Shown here piece after piece: positions 10,157-18,786 of a stretch of DNA of 64,000 bases. The stretch covers positions 11,529 to 75,528 of IMG/VR virus record IMGVR_UViG_3300012919_000005. One strand, given 5' to 3'. Position 1 is the stretch's first letter; the number at the start of each line of letters is the position of its first letter. Made by a program: the position numbers and the translations under genes. The notes under the pieces were generated by a model. The model saw only the letters and a program-made list of their open reading frames with translations, was not told where the DNA came from and made no database searches. Origin of the DNA: a virus.

Positions 10157-10384
10157 TTATCTTTTAAATCTTGGTTTTGGTGGGTTTTTAGTTTTACCGA
10201 ATCTAGGTCCGATTGCTTTTGGTGCTGCTGCATACCTAAAAGCTGTAAATCCGTTATGAAGTTTAGTATTAACTGGAACTCCAGCAGCTGCATTCATATC
10301 TCTCGTAACGCCTCTTTTGAGTACATGTTTACGAATTTTTTGAGTACCGTGCGTGCCTGTTGGTCCGCTTAGAAACTTTGCCAT
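10157..10384 (-). CDS. Small basic protein
   Basis: 75 aa, Lys/Arg-rich, AGGAG RBS. Confidence 0.6.
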   Translation of the reverse strand: MAKFLSGPTGTHGTQKIRKHVLKRGVTRDMNAAAGVPVNTKLHNGFTAFRYAAAPKAIGPRFGKTKNPPKPRFKR

Positions 10385-10418
10385 TGCATTCTCCTTTTAG
10401 CTTAGCGTTATAATACGC

Positions 10419-10541
10419 CTATTTAGTTTTTACTGCTTTTTGTTTAGCTGCTATCATTTTATCAGTGATATCAACTGTACCGTCAAAGTTTTTATCTTTG
10501 AGAGTAATTATATTCCAAAGCATTTTTAAATATTTTATCAT
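10419..10541 (-). CDS. 40-aa microprotein with an EF-hand-like DKNFDGTVD motif
   Basis: Manual translation MIKYLKMLWNIITLKDKNFDGTVDITDKMIAAKQKAVKTK; ATGA overlap with the upstream stop. Confidence 0.5.
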   Translation of the reverse strand: MIKYLKMLWNIITLKDKNFDGTVDITDKMIAAKQKAVKTK

Positions 10542-10837
10542 CTTTTTTTCCTTCTAGTTGTTGTTCTTTTCTTTCTGCGTCTACCTGCAAAGGTTTTAAC
10601 ATTAGTAGGTTTTCCACCTACTCCTTGCTTCTTTGCCCTCTTTCGTCTAACTGCTGATTTAATTTGTGCCTTACTCATTCTAGCTGCCTTTGATGCAGGA
10701 ACGCACTTAGGATACCCTCCTTTTCCTGCCTTTCTTCTTCCACATGGAGCGTATCCACCACCTTTCTTTGGTCTAGAAATGTCTACCCACTTCTCACCAA
10801 ACCATTTGGTTAATCCTCCACTTCTTCTTACAGCCAT
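10538..10837 (-). CDS. Small highly basic protein (LTKWFGEKWVD...CGR...YPKCVP type seen in aquatic viruses)
   Basis: 99 aa; TAATG coupling to the upstream ORF. Confidence 0.65.
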   Translation of the reverse strand: MAVRRSGGLTKWFGEKWVDISRPKKGGGYAPCGRRKAGKGGYPKCVPASKAARMSKAQIKSAVRRKRAKKQGVGGKPTNVKTFAGRRRKKRTTTRRKKR

Positions 10838-11010
10838 TACTTACCAACCTTTCGCATAGCTAATTTATGGGCTTGACCAAAAGTTTTTCCTTCTTTCATA
10901 GCTCTCACCATAACTGTCATATGCTTTTTGGTATGGTGAGACCTATGTCTGCGGAGTGTAGCAATTTGTCTCTTAGTTAGTTTTTTAAGTTTTTTCTTTT
11001 TTCTAGCCAC
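10837..11010 (-). CDS. Small basic His/Lys-rich protein
   Basis: Manual translation from GTG: MARKKKKLKKLTKRQIATLRRHRSHHTKKHMTVMVRAMKEGKTFGQAHKLAMRKVGK; coupled stops and starts. Confidence 0.6.
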   Translation of the reverse strand: MARKKKKLKKLTKRQIATLRRHRSHHTKKHMTVMVRAMKEGKTFGQAHKLAMRKVGK

Positions 11011-11185
11011 GACGATATCTTCCCCCTTTTTTCTTTTACTCTCTTACAAGCCACGCATTTGCATATGCACTTGGATATACCGCAAACTTTCTTTTTGCTG
11101 CTGCTTTAACTCTAGCATACAACTTTGAGTTTGTAGGTATGTTACGCTTTTTAGTACTCTTTCTTCTTTTTCTTTTAACGGCCAT
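11003..11185 (-). pseudogene. Small basic protein (...YPSAYANAWLVRE*KKKGGRY...) interrupted by an in-frame TAA
   Basis: TAA at 11036-11038 where a Tyr is expected from my recollection of the SAYA...YKKRGG motif; the frame continues to TAG at 11003. Confidence 0.5.
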
Positions 11186-11331
11186 TACTTACCTCGTTGC
11201 TTTTTTAAGATTGCTCTTTGCAAAGCCATAGGTAGTTTCTTTTGTTTAGCGGTCAAACCTTTCTTTTTCTTCATTCCGCCTTTTTTCTTCTTACCGTTCT
11301 TCTTTTTCTTTTTACCTGTGTGATATGGCAT
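11185..11331 (-). CDS. 48-aa poly-Lys microprotein
   Basis: Manual translation MPYHTGKKKKKNGKKKKGGMKKKKGLTAKQKKLPMALQRAILKKQRGK; TAATG overlaps at both ends. Confidence 0.6.
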   Translation of the reverse strand: MPYHTGKKKKKNGKKKKGGMKKKKGLTAKQKKLPMALQRAILKKQRGK

Positions 11332-11540
11332 TATATACTCCATTGTCCTAAAGGACACTCTGCCCGTTTGATTCTAGTTTTGATGGGCATAAAACATTTA
11401 CAAACTTTACAAATATTTAATGTGAAGTTTGGACACTTCTTGCAAACAGCAAGTCTGTCCTTATAATTTTGTAACGAATTCTTTTGCGTCTTTGTTTGTG
11501 AGGAATACTCCAAGTCTGTTACCGTTAAGATCTTTAACAT
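11331..11540 (-). CDS. Small Cys-rich metal-binding protein (start uncertain)
   Basis: RLAVCKKCP...CKVCKCFMPIK...CPLGQW pattern. Confidence 0.6.
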   Translation of the reverse strand: MLKILTVTDLEYSSQTKTQKNSLQNYKDRLAVCKKCPNFTLNICKVCKCFMPIKTRIKRAECPLGQWSI

Positions 11541-11649
11541 AATATCTTCCTCTCTTCTCTTCTATAAGAGCTTTATCAGGTTTTATTGTTGCCTCTACTT
11601 TTATTTCAGGCTCACCTGCTTTCATTTCTTTTGTTGTATATTCTTTCAT
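11461..11649 (-). CDS. Hypothetical protein
   Basis: 62-aa ORF in a coupled operon. Confidence 0.5.
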   Translation of the reverse strand: MKEYTTKEMKAGEPEIKVEATIKPDKALIEEKRGRYYVKDLNGNRLGVFLTNKDAKEFVTKL

Positions 11650-11651
11650 AA

Positions 11652-11855
11652 TTAGTGTATTGTTAATAGGGTTACTATCAAGCCTGCCATAAATATTATG
11701 ACTCCGCCCGCTCCTGATAAGAAATAAGTATCTATTCGATTTAGTCTTTCTTCAATTTCATCAAAGCGATTAAATGCAGTCTTCCACCGTTCTGCAACGG
11801 CAGTCTCAAGTTTTGCTAAATCTATCCTTATCTTATTCATTTCGTCATCTGACAT
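11652..11855 (-). CDS. Small coiled-coil protein with a C-terminal transmembrane helix
   Basis: GGAG RBS; hydrophobic C-terminus; first gene after the promoter. Confidence 0.6.
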   Translation of the reverse strand: MSDDEMNKIRIDLAKLETAVAERWKTAFNRFDEIEERLNRIDTYFLSGAGGVIIFMAGLIVTLLTIH

Positions 11856-11895
11856 TTTGACTCCGTTTCCGCTGTGAGAATTTCACATAGATTAT

Positions 11896-11924
11896 ATTAT
11901 ACTAAAAGTGGCAACAAATGTCAA
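11896..11924 (-). promoter_or_regulatory. Sigma70-type promoter
   Basis: TTGACA-17-TATAAT. Confidence 0.8.
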
Positions 11925-11927
11925 GTA

Positions 11928-13709
11928 CTATTTTCGTATGGTATAGATTTCAACGGGCTCATTCTTTCCTTTAACCTTTACTTGGTCTAAAAACTCGTAA
12001 TCGTAATCATCGAGTAAACTGTGTTCGGAAATTATTAAGTCAGTATCGTACTCTTTACAACTTGATTCTAAACGCGCAGCAAGGTTGACAGAATCCCCAA
12101 GAACGCTATAGTCGAAGCGAGTGCTAGAACCAAAGTTTCCGACCACGCAGAGTCCTGTATTGATTCCCGCTCCTGTATTAATTTGATCCAAGCCTTCTTC
12201 TCTGAGTCTTTCATTTAACTCTCCTAATGATTCTCGCATTTCGAGAACCGCCTTGGTTGCATTCTCCACTTGATTTTCATCGTCAAGTGGTGCACCCCAA
12301 AATGCCATTATACAATCTCCCATATACTTGTCAATTGTACCGCCATGTTTTAATATAATCTCTGTTTGATTGTCTAAAAATCTATTTATTAACTCAGTTA
12401 ATCCTTGTGGATCTTTTTGATATTTTTCCGATATTGGTGTAAATCCTCGAATATCAGAAAATAAAAATGTTAGTCGTTTTGTCTCCCCACCCAATCTCAG
12501 CAATGTTGGGTCTTTTTGTAATTTTTTAACCAAGGCAGGACTAACGTATGTCCCAAATTGTCGTTTTATTTCCATTTTCTCGAAGTAGGTCTTTATAAAA
12601 TTCCTGAAACTTTCAATACTCCAGAATAAAATCGATATTAAAATAATGCCTGAAACGTCAAATAAGTAAGAAGATTGAAAGGCATACCAGGCTCCATATG
12701 CTGAACCTCCTACAACTAGCACTAAAGCGGGCAAGCTTAAATAAATTCTACTAGCTGTTAGTAATAAAACGAGCAAAGCTAAGACTGCAGCTCCTAGCTC
12801 CGCTCCTGCACTCCAATTTGGAATTGAAGGCGCTGTGCCTGATACTAAATTATGCAATACATTTGCTTGTACCTCATGCGGGTATTTAGCTCCAGATGCA
12901 GTAGGAACTGGATTTACCACTCCTTCTGCTGTTACTCCAAATATAACAAAAGGTGCAGGAATTGGATCAGCCATATATTGTGCTGCAGTTTGTCTATAAA
13001 ACTTTACATTCGTATTTATCCAAATAAACCCATTAGCATCGGTATTCATATTTGGATAGTTAGGAACTCGAATCCACTCTACACCTGTATCTCCAGTTTT
13101 AATTTGATAGCTTGGGTCGCCTACAGCGAGTCTAAGCATTTCTAGTGCAAAACTTGGGTATATTTTTCCCTCACTTCCTACGACTACGGGCAGTCGCCTG
13201 ACGACGCCGTCTAGCTCTGGTGAGGAGTTTACGATACCTTTGCCGTCTGCGCTTACCGATAAGATTGGTAATTGTCGTAAAATTCCTGGATATGTTAATA
13301 GCCATTCTAATGGATCACCTCCTAATTGAGCAGTACCTACATGAGGGCCTAGCTCAGATGCTTGTGTTGATGCTGCGTAAGCTAACACTGTGGGTTTATT
13401 GGCTAATGCACTTGCTAAGTACAAGTCATTTTCGTTGCCACGTAAATCTGGGTCAGGCATAAGAATAGTAAAGCCCCCTATTCCAGGAGTCCTTTCTATC
13501 ATTTGTCCATATAGTTTTCTTGGAAGTGGATAACCTCCGTATGCTTCGACGATGTTTTCATCGATGTCGACAATTAGAATATTGTCATTTTGAATTTCTG
13601 GTTGACTATTCATAATATAGTCGAATGTTTTTAGTTCTAGAATTTGTAGAGGGTACGGATTCCAGATAAAGAATCCGAGTACCACTCCAAAAGTAATTAA
13701 TCTTACCAT
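11928..13709 (-). CDS. CHASE2-domain class III adenylate cyclase
   Basis: CHASE2 motifs (IVDIDE, DGVVRRLP, PSFALE), three TM helices, cyclase domain FSDIRGFT / DKYMGD / FDYSVLGDSVNLAARLE with the ATP-specifying Lys and Asp. Confidence 0.92.
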   Translation of the reverse strand: MVRLITFGVVLGFFIWNPYPLQILELKTFDYIMNSQPEIQNDNILIVDIDENIVEAYGGYPLPRKLYGQMIERTPGIGGFTILMPDPDLRGNENDLYLASALANKPTVLAYAASTQASELGPHVGTAQLGGDPLEWLLTYPGILRQLPILSVSADGKGIVNSSPELDGVVRRLPVVVGSEGKIYPSFALEMLRLAVGDPSYQIKTGDTGVEWIRVPNYPNMNTDANGFIWINTNVKFYRQTAAQYMADPIPAPFVIFGVTAEGVVNPVPTASGAKYPHEVQANVLHNLVSGTAPSIPNWSAGAELGAAVLALLVLLLTASRIYLSLPALVLVVGGSAYGAWYAFQSSYLFDVSGIILISILFWSIESFRNFIKTYFEKMEIKRQFGTYVSPALVKKLQKDPTLLRLGGETKRLTFLFSDIRGFTPISEKYQKDPQGLTELINRFLDNQTEIILKHGGTIDKYMGDCIMAFWGAPLDDENQVENATKAVLEMRESLGELNERLREEGLDQINTGAGINTGLCVVGNFGSSTRFDYSVLGDSVNLAARLESSCKEYDTDLIISEHSLLDDYDYEFLDQVKVKGKNEPVEIYTIRK

Positions 13710-13993
13710 TTAACTTTGTTTGCCCAATAAGCTGCAGACATTTTTCCTTTGGCTATGTTTCTTCTATGTCTTGCTTTGAATGAAGCTCTTTTCTTCTTCA
13801 TTCTCATTGATTCACCTTTCTTTGGTTTACCAGCAGTTTTTGCTCCCTGCTGTCCAAATCGTATTGTCTTTATTTTGTTGCCTACTTTAGCAACTACAAT
13901 ATGAGACTTCTTAGGGTGTCCAGGTGTTCTTTTTGGTTTATTAAAACCTCTAACGCCTGCTCTTTTTAGTCTTGGATCTTTTTTTCTTGGCAT
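13703..13993 (-). CDS. Small highly basic protein (IRFGQQG...RASFKARH...SAAYWANKVKW type)
   Basis: 96 aa, extremely Lys/Arg-rich; motif familiar from marine phages. Confidence 0.7.
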   Translation of the reverse strand: MPRKKDPRLKRAGVRGFNKPKRTPGHPKKSHIVVAKVGNKIKTIRFGQQGAKTAGKPKKGESMRMKKKRASFKARHRRNIAKGKMSAAYWANKVKW

Positions 13994-14273
13994 TGTTTGC
14001 TCTCCTTAAACTTGCCTTACCAGATTTAAATACTGATGCGACAGTTTTCTTGCCCATAACTTTTGCTCGTTGTTCTCCTACAGTTAGTATTTGAATTTTT
14101 CTAGCATAAGACTTACGGACTCTTTTTACTTTTCGTACTGTTGCTCTTGCATCTTTTACAGTTGCAAATTTAATTCTAACGGTATCTTTTGGATTCTCGT
14201 CAGTATAGAGTCTTCTTCCAGACCCCTTAGGTTTTTTACCTGTTCCTTTTTTTGGATCTCTTTTCTTACTCAT
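13950..14273 (-). CDS. Small highly basic protein (GSGRRLYTDENPKDTV type)
   Basis: 107 aa, Lys/Arg-rich. Confidence 0.65.
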   Translation of the reverse strand: MSKKRDPKKGTGKKPKGSGRRLYTDENPKDTVRIKFATVKDARATVRKVKRVRKSYARKIQILTVGEQRAKVMGKKTVASVFKSGKASLRRANNAKKKRSKTKKSRR

Positions 14274-14697
14274 TGTCTATTATTACCCAAGTATTATTTA
14301 TAACTACTAACGCACCAAGTGTGTTAAAATTTTCTATTGTTTCAATGTCTTCAAAAACATTCATTGTATATAGTAAATAATTAACTGCTAATTTTTGAGC
14401 TATCAATCTTTCTAAAGAAGGATAGTCTGGTAGTAAAGGATTTAGCTCTTTTCCGTACCTTCCACGTATTGCTCTATTTGTAGTGTATACATCAAGTACA
14501 TTCCAAGCAACCCATTCATGAATATGTGAGTTATCTGACATTTTAAAATGCATTGTTTGATTTTGATTGTATTGTTCTATGAGTAAAGCATCTGCTTTAA
14601 TTTGTTCATAGTCCCAAGGTATATCAACCTCCAGATTGGCGGATTGTAATGACTGAGCCAGACCCAGAGTTAAGAATAATGTTATAAGCTTTTCCAT
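14266..14697 (-). CDS. Exported or membrane hypothetical protein
   Basis: N-terminal signal peptide; overlaps the FecR gene. Confidence 0.55.
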   Translation of the reverse strand: MEKLITLFLTLGLAQSLQSANLEVDIPWDYEQIKADALLIEQYNQNQTMHFKMSDNSHIHEWVAWNVLDVYTTNRAIRGRYGKELNPLLPDYPSLERLIAQKLAVNYLLYTMNVFEDIETIENFNTLGALVVINNTWVIIDNE

Positions 14698-15742
14698 CTT
14701 GTTCTATTATTATATTATAACTTGTAGTGCCATTTAAATCAAGTCTCACATTTTGATTAACTTGTCTTAAAATGCTTACTACTTCCCCATCTGTAAATGT
14801 GGTAATTTGGGTTGTGGGGTCATTCCCAAATTGTGTACCTTGTAAATCTATAGGCGAAAAGCCATCTTGGGCTAACTCGTCCTCAGAGGATAGAGCATCT
14901 AGTTCTTCAATAACATCTAATAAATCCTCTAAAAAGTTTACGTCTAAGTATTCGATATCTAGTTCTGTGAATTCTAATTCATCTGTAGCTAAATAATCTG
15001 TTTCTAACTCGTCGTAATCGAGGAAATCGATATCAAGAATATTGTTATCAGAGTCGTCAGTTCGAGCTTCTCCTGCAGTTTGTCCTTCTTCATCTTTCTT
15101 TGGTGGGCTCACTATGAGCATATTATCTATGAGGTCTAGTGTCAGATCCAGTATTACTGGTCTAGTAGGAATTGCTTCCCATACACTCGTAACAGTAGAC
15201 TCATATGGTTTGTTTAAAATTACAGAACCCAAAGCAGTTGTTACGACAATCTCCCCTGAGCTTATACCAAATTCGTCTGGTAAAAGAATAACCAAACTTC
15301 TTCCTAATTCATCAACGGTAACAGTAAAATCTGTCCCACGAATTGCTATCTGAGAAGTTGGTGTTGATAGATTAATGTTTTGTTTATTAATACTACCTAT
15401 CTTTCCAGTTATAAAACGAGCAGTCCCACTGGCAAACTTAAGTGCCATTTCTGACTTGTTTGGGTCGGGATTAAAAACAACCTTATCAATAATAAGTTTG
15501 CTATGCTCTGTTAGTCTGACTTTGCTATCATCTAAAAACGATATTGCTAATCGGCCATTACCTGTGCGAACATCGTCCATTTGCTGTATGTCAAAGCCAA
15601 CCTCAGCGGTATAGGTGTCATCTCGTAAGACAGCACCTATTCCACGAAGTTCTGTGATATCACCTATATTGTCAGCATGAAGTGGAGGTGCCACCATCAT
15701 TTTGAACAATACAAATATTTGAATTAGATGTATCAGCTTCAA
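14624..15742 (-). CDS. FecR-domain periplasmic protein with an acidic tail
   Basis: DDVRTGNGRLAISFLDDSKVRLTEHSKLII and TPTSQIAIRGTDF FecR motifs; signal peptide. Confidence 0.85.
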   Translation of the reverse strand: MKLIHLIQIFVLFKMMVAPPLHADNIGDITELRGIGAVLRDDTYTAEVGFDIQQMDDVRTGNGRLAISFLDDSKVRLTEHSKLIIDKVVFNPDPNKSEMALKFASGTARFITGKIGSINKQNINLSTPTSQIAIRGTDFTVTVDELGRSLVILLPDEFGISSGEIVVTTALGSVILNKPYESTVTSVWEAIPTRPVILDLTLDLIDNMLIVSPPKKDEEGQTAGEARTDDSDNNILDIDFLDYDELETDYLATDELEFTELDIEYLDVNFLEDLLDVIEELDALSSEDELAQDGFSPIDLQGTQFGNDPTTQITTFTDGEVVSILRQVNQNVRLDLNGTTSYNIIIEQDGKAYNIILNSGSGSVITIRQSGG

Positions 15743-16388
15743 TTTTCAACCAGTCTGCTGCAAGTGTAGAAGATTGAGTAATAGTCATTGTATTACTATC
15801 TCCGTCTAAATCTAAATAGAAATAAGCGGCATCGCTACTGCTTGCTCCGTATCCACTGCCTGTGAATGTAAGTGTATTAGAGTCTCCTAAAATGTCCATG
15901 TAATTTGTGGCGTATGCAGAATCTAAGTCTAGAGTGATTTCATTACTGTCACCAGTAAATAACCAGTCTAAGTCTAAATACGATACGTCATCATCTTGGC
16001 CTAAGTCGATATCTGCTGTGTTTGAAGAACCAGTAATGTCAAAATTTAAATTAACATAGTCTGCTCCGTTTAAACCATCAGTATCCATACTTATAGTCCA
16101 TTCGTTAGAGTCACCAATAAAATCAAATGTTCCAGTGAAGTTATCACCTATTATTCCGTCAGTAAGAAATAAGTTGGAGGCTCCTATTTGATTTAAATCT
16201 AATGTCCAAGAGGTGCCATTTAATATTGCTGCTGTCATTGAACCTGTTGTTGCATTTAATCCACCAATTAAATTGCTGGAACCAAGTTGTTCAATATCTA
16301 TTGCTGCATTGTCACCTGTTTGGTCGATATAGATTTCATTGTCTGCATAGAGACCGATTGATAAAAATAAGGCAAATAAAGCTCTCAT
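15672..16388 (-). CDS. Curlin-like (CsgA/CsgB-like) repeat protein
   Basis: Signal peptide; repeated x-Q/I/T-x-G-D/S-S-N beta-arc units (IDQTGDN, EQLGSSN, NQIGASN, FIGDSN, ITGSSN, FTGDSN, ILGDSN, LDGDSN); directly after csgG. Confidence 0.7.
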   Translation of the reverse strand: MRALFALFLSIGLYADNEIYIDQTGDNAAIDIEQLGSSNLIGGLNATTGSMTAAILNGTSWTLDLNQIGASNLFLTDGIIGDNFTGTFDFIGDSNEWTISMDTDGLNGADYVNLNFDITGSSNTADIDLGQDDDVSYLDLDWLFTGDSNEITLDLDSAYATNYMDILGDSNTLTFTGSGYGASSSDAAYFYLDLDGDSNTMTITQSSTLAADWLKIEADTSNSNICIVQNDGGTSTSC

Positions 16389-16389
16389 T

Positions 16390-17241
16390 TTACTCTCCCA
16401 TGTAGTACTTCCAGTACCCTTTCTCTATTCCTTGTTTAATTAACGCTACTACTCCTGTTTCTACTGCTGCTTGCACAGCGATATACTTAGGTTCATTCAT
16501 TGTGTTTCCACTTTCAAATTCAACGAGTTCAGTATCATTTGAATGAAATCTAAAATAGTCATTACTTAAACCTACGGATAGAATTGCTTTTGAAGTAAGG
16601 ATCTCCAATAAGATTTCTCCTGTACTCACAGAAACTAATCTCATAGAAACGATTACCTTATCTTCACGATATTGTTTAGAAGTGCCAATGCCTAAGTTTC
16701 TAGCACCTACACCTCCAGTTAATAAGTTAGTATTGTAATCAACAATACCACCTTCGATAATAAGACCAGCAAACAGTAAAGGTTGCTGCTCTTTATCGTC
16801 TTCAAAACTTTGTCTTGTTTGTCTAATTAATTGTCTTTCTTTTGTTAAGTGGTCTAACCCTTTTCTTTCTACCACTTTGAAGAAGCCGGATTGTTTTAAT
16901 GCACGAATTAAATATGCTTCTGGTGCTTGTGTGACTGCACTTGAGAAGTCTGCTATACCGTCCCTTGATTTTCTTTGACCAGTTAAGTCTTCAAACTTAT
17001 ATACTGCAACAACAGGAACTCGTGCCGGTAATGGCACAGTAGTTATTGCTTTTGTTATCGGTTGCTCAATAATAGAATCACCAGAGAAACATTTTGCTTC
17101 TCCAACAATTGTGACTAAGTCTTTGTAATCCCCTTGAGGATTAGTTAGACAGGGTGATGCGTATTTCCAGTGCGTTGCGCAACTAGAAACCAAAATCGCC
17201 GATAGGGATAGTAATAGTAGTTGTTTCACCTGTAGCTTCAT
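16390..17241 (-). CDS. csgG: Curli secretion channel lipoprotein CsgG
   Basis: Lipobox LVSSC; VAVYKFEDLTGQRK, FSSAVTQ, VVERKGLDHLTKERQLIR, LLFAGLIIEGGIVDY, RLVSVSTGEIL. Confidence 0.92.
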   Translation of the reverse strand: MKLQVKQLLLLSLSAILVSSCATHWKYASPCLTNPQGDYKDLVTIVGEAKCFSGDSIIEQPITKAITTVPLPARVPVVAVYKFEDLTGQRKSRDGIADFSSAVTQAPEAYLIRALKQSGFFKVVERKGLDHLTKERQLIRQTRQSFEDDKEQQPLLFAGLIIEGGIVDYNTNLLTGGVGARNLGIGTSKQYREDKVIVSMRLVSVSTGEILLEILTSKAILSVGLSNDYFRFHSNDTELVEFESGNTMNEPKYIAVQAAVETGVVALIKQGIEKGYWKYYMGE

Positions 17242-17668
17242 TAAATATAGTTAGGGTGATTGATATACCATCTGATGTCCAAGTAATTAGATTATCAAAT
17301 AATGTAAATGACCCTTCCGTTGCAGGATTCTCTCCAAATAGCTGGTCTACCAACTGTCTAGAAAGCTGTGCATAAATTCTACTCTCAAAGTTCTTTAAAA
17401 ATCTAGCAAGAGTAGTATTATCTTCTTCTCTTTGCAAAGCTTCTTGCATTGCTTTTATTTCTAGTCTTAGTGCCTCTTTTCTTGAGAACTCTTGATTCTC
17501 AATGGTTAAGTAGTGACTTGATGTACCTATGCCACTAAAAGAGGGTGACTTGAATTCATGTTTAATTTCATCTGCAGAAAGTTCTGCTACAAATAAAACG
17601 CTAAGTAGTACAAAAATTGTGCCTAGTACAGCATTAGATACTCTATTGTTTATTTTTCTTTCGTTCAT
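17183..17668 (-). CDS. csgF: Curli assembly protein CsgF
   Basis: Signal peptide then EIKHEFKSPSFSG; ESRIYAQLS and TGETTTITIP motifs; upstream of csgG. Confidence 0.8.
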   Translation of the reverse strand: MNERKINNRVSNAVLGTIFVLLSVLFVAELSADEIKHEFKSPSFSGIGTSSHYLTIENQEFSRKEALRLEIKAMQEALQREEDNTTLARFLKNFESRIYAQLSRQLVDQLFGENPATEGSFTLFDNLITWTSDGISITLTIFNEATGETTTITIPIGDFGF

Positions 17669-17897
17669 TTTCTTTTAACTGTAAAACTGTGTCCAGTTTC
17701 TTTTGCAGTCGAATCATATCATTATCTAACATTCTTATCTGGTCAATTAACTGTAAGATTGTCATCTTCATGTCTTCGATTGCAGGGTCTATCTTTTCGG
17801 TTACTGTAGTCCAAACAAAGTATACGAAATATCCTAATCCAACCATTGCAACAACTGGAAAACCAAATTGTTGAATAGCATCAATCACGTCTTGCAT
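17643..17897 (-). CDS. Small membrane protein (one TM + coiled coil)
   Basis: FGFPVVAMVGLGYFVYFVW...RMLDNDMIRL; similar to the adjacent ORF. Confidence 0.7.
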   Translation of the reverse strand: MQDVIDAIQQFGFPVVAMVGLGYFVYFVWTTVTEKIDPAIEDMKMTILQLIDQIRMLDNDMIRLQKKLDTVLQLKENERKKNKQ

Positions 17898-18174
17898 CTA
17901 TACTTCCTGATTCTACAAAATTTTCTGCTCTTGCTATTTTATCTAAGTCTGGTGTGAGTCCAAGAGCTGAACTTACACTCATGTCTATCTTAATCATATC
18001 ATTGTTCATTGTTTTAATACGAGTAATTAGCATTTTTGAAATACCTTGTACTTCACAAGTATCGCCTACTACATCGTCCATAATTTTTCTTATGATTAAA
18101 AAGATGAAGCCTCCCATAAACAGTGCTGCTGCTATTGGTGCTCCTACTTGTCCTATTATATCAAATACTTCCAT
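17881..18174 (-). CDS. Small membrane protein (one TM + coiled coil)
   Basis: VGAPIAAALFMGGFIFLII...KTMNNDMIKI; similar to the adjacent ORF. Confidence 0.7.
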   Translation of the reverse strand: MEVFDIIGQVGAPIAAALFMGGFIFLIIRKIMDDVVGDTCEVQGISKMLITRIKTMNNDMIKIDMSVSSALGLTPDLDKIARAENFVESGSIDARRD

Positions 18175-18539
18175 TATACCTCTATTGCGAATATTTTATC
18201 TTTATCTACCTTTTCTAAATCAAAATTTATTGAAACTCCACAACCACAAGAAGACTGCTCTTTTGGGTTGATAAACTTAAATACTTCATTTAGTCCTTCT
18301 ACTTGAAAGTCTAATGTCATTCCTACTAAGTATGGAACTGATATTTTATCTATTAGTATCCTAAAGAGTCCATAATCCAATTCCACGTCTTCTTCAGTAG
18401 CTGCATTATTAGTCCGATCAAATACATACTCAAAACCAGCACACCCCCCACCAGTAATACCCAAGCGGATACCAGTAAACTTCTCTCTTTCCTGTTTCTC
18501 CAAAATCTTGGTGATTGCTTCATCTGTAATCTCTATCAT
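18174..18539 (-). CDS. iscA: Fe-S cluster A-type carrier (IscA/HesB family)
   Basis: GGGCAGFEY and NP...CGCGVS motifs. Confidence 0.9.
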   Translation of the reverse strand: MIEITDEAITKILEKQEREKFTGIRLGITGGGCAGFEYVFDRTNNAATEEDVELDYGLFRILIDKISVPYLVGMTLDFQVEGLNEVFKFINPKEQSSCGCGVSINFDLEKVDKDKIFAIEV

Positions 18540-18730
18540 GGCATATTGTCGCCGTAGAACTCTCTACATTGCTCTTCAAAGTCTGAATCCCAGTATTCGT
18601 CTGTTTTCTTTTTATTTTTGTGAACTTGAGTTCTGCCGTGCTTTGGTGTCTTTTTTCGTGTGAATATCTTATCGTAGTTATCTCTGAACTGCTTTTCGTT
18701 TGTTGGTCTTCGTTTGCTTCCCTTTCCCAT
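18536..18730 (-). CDS. Small basic protein (MGKGSKRRP type)
   Basis: 64 aa; MGKGSKRRP...NYDKIF motif common in marine phages. Confidence 0.6.
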   Translation of the reverse strand: MGKGSKRRPTNEKQFRDNYDKIFTRKKTPKHGRTQVHKNKKKTDEYWDSDFEEQCREFYGDNMP

Positions 18731-18786
18731 CTTCTACTAATCTCCAAACATTTTGTATTCTATTTTGTTTCATAAACTTATGAATA

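Noticed and set aside
11036-11038. Genome-wide stop-codon reassignment
   Set aside because: TAA, TAG and TGA all terminate well-defined genes and long genes are intact in code 11; one internal TAA is not enough evidence
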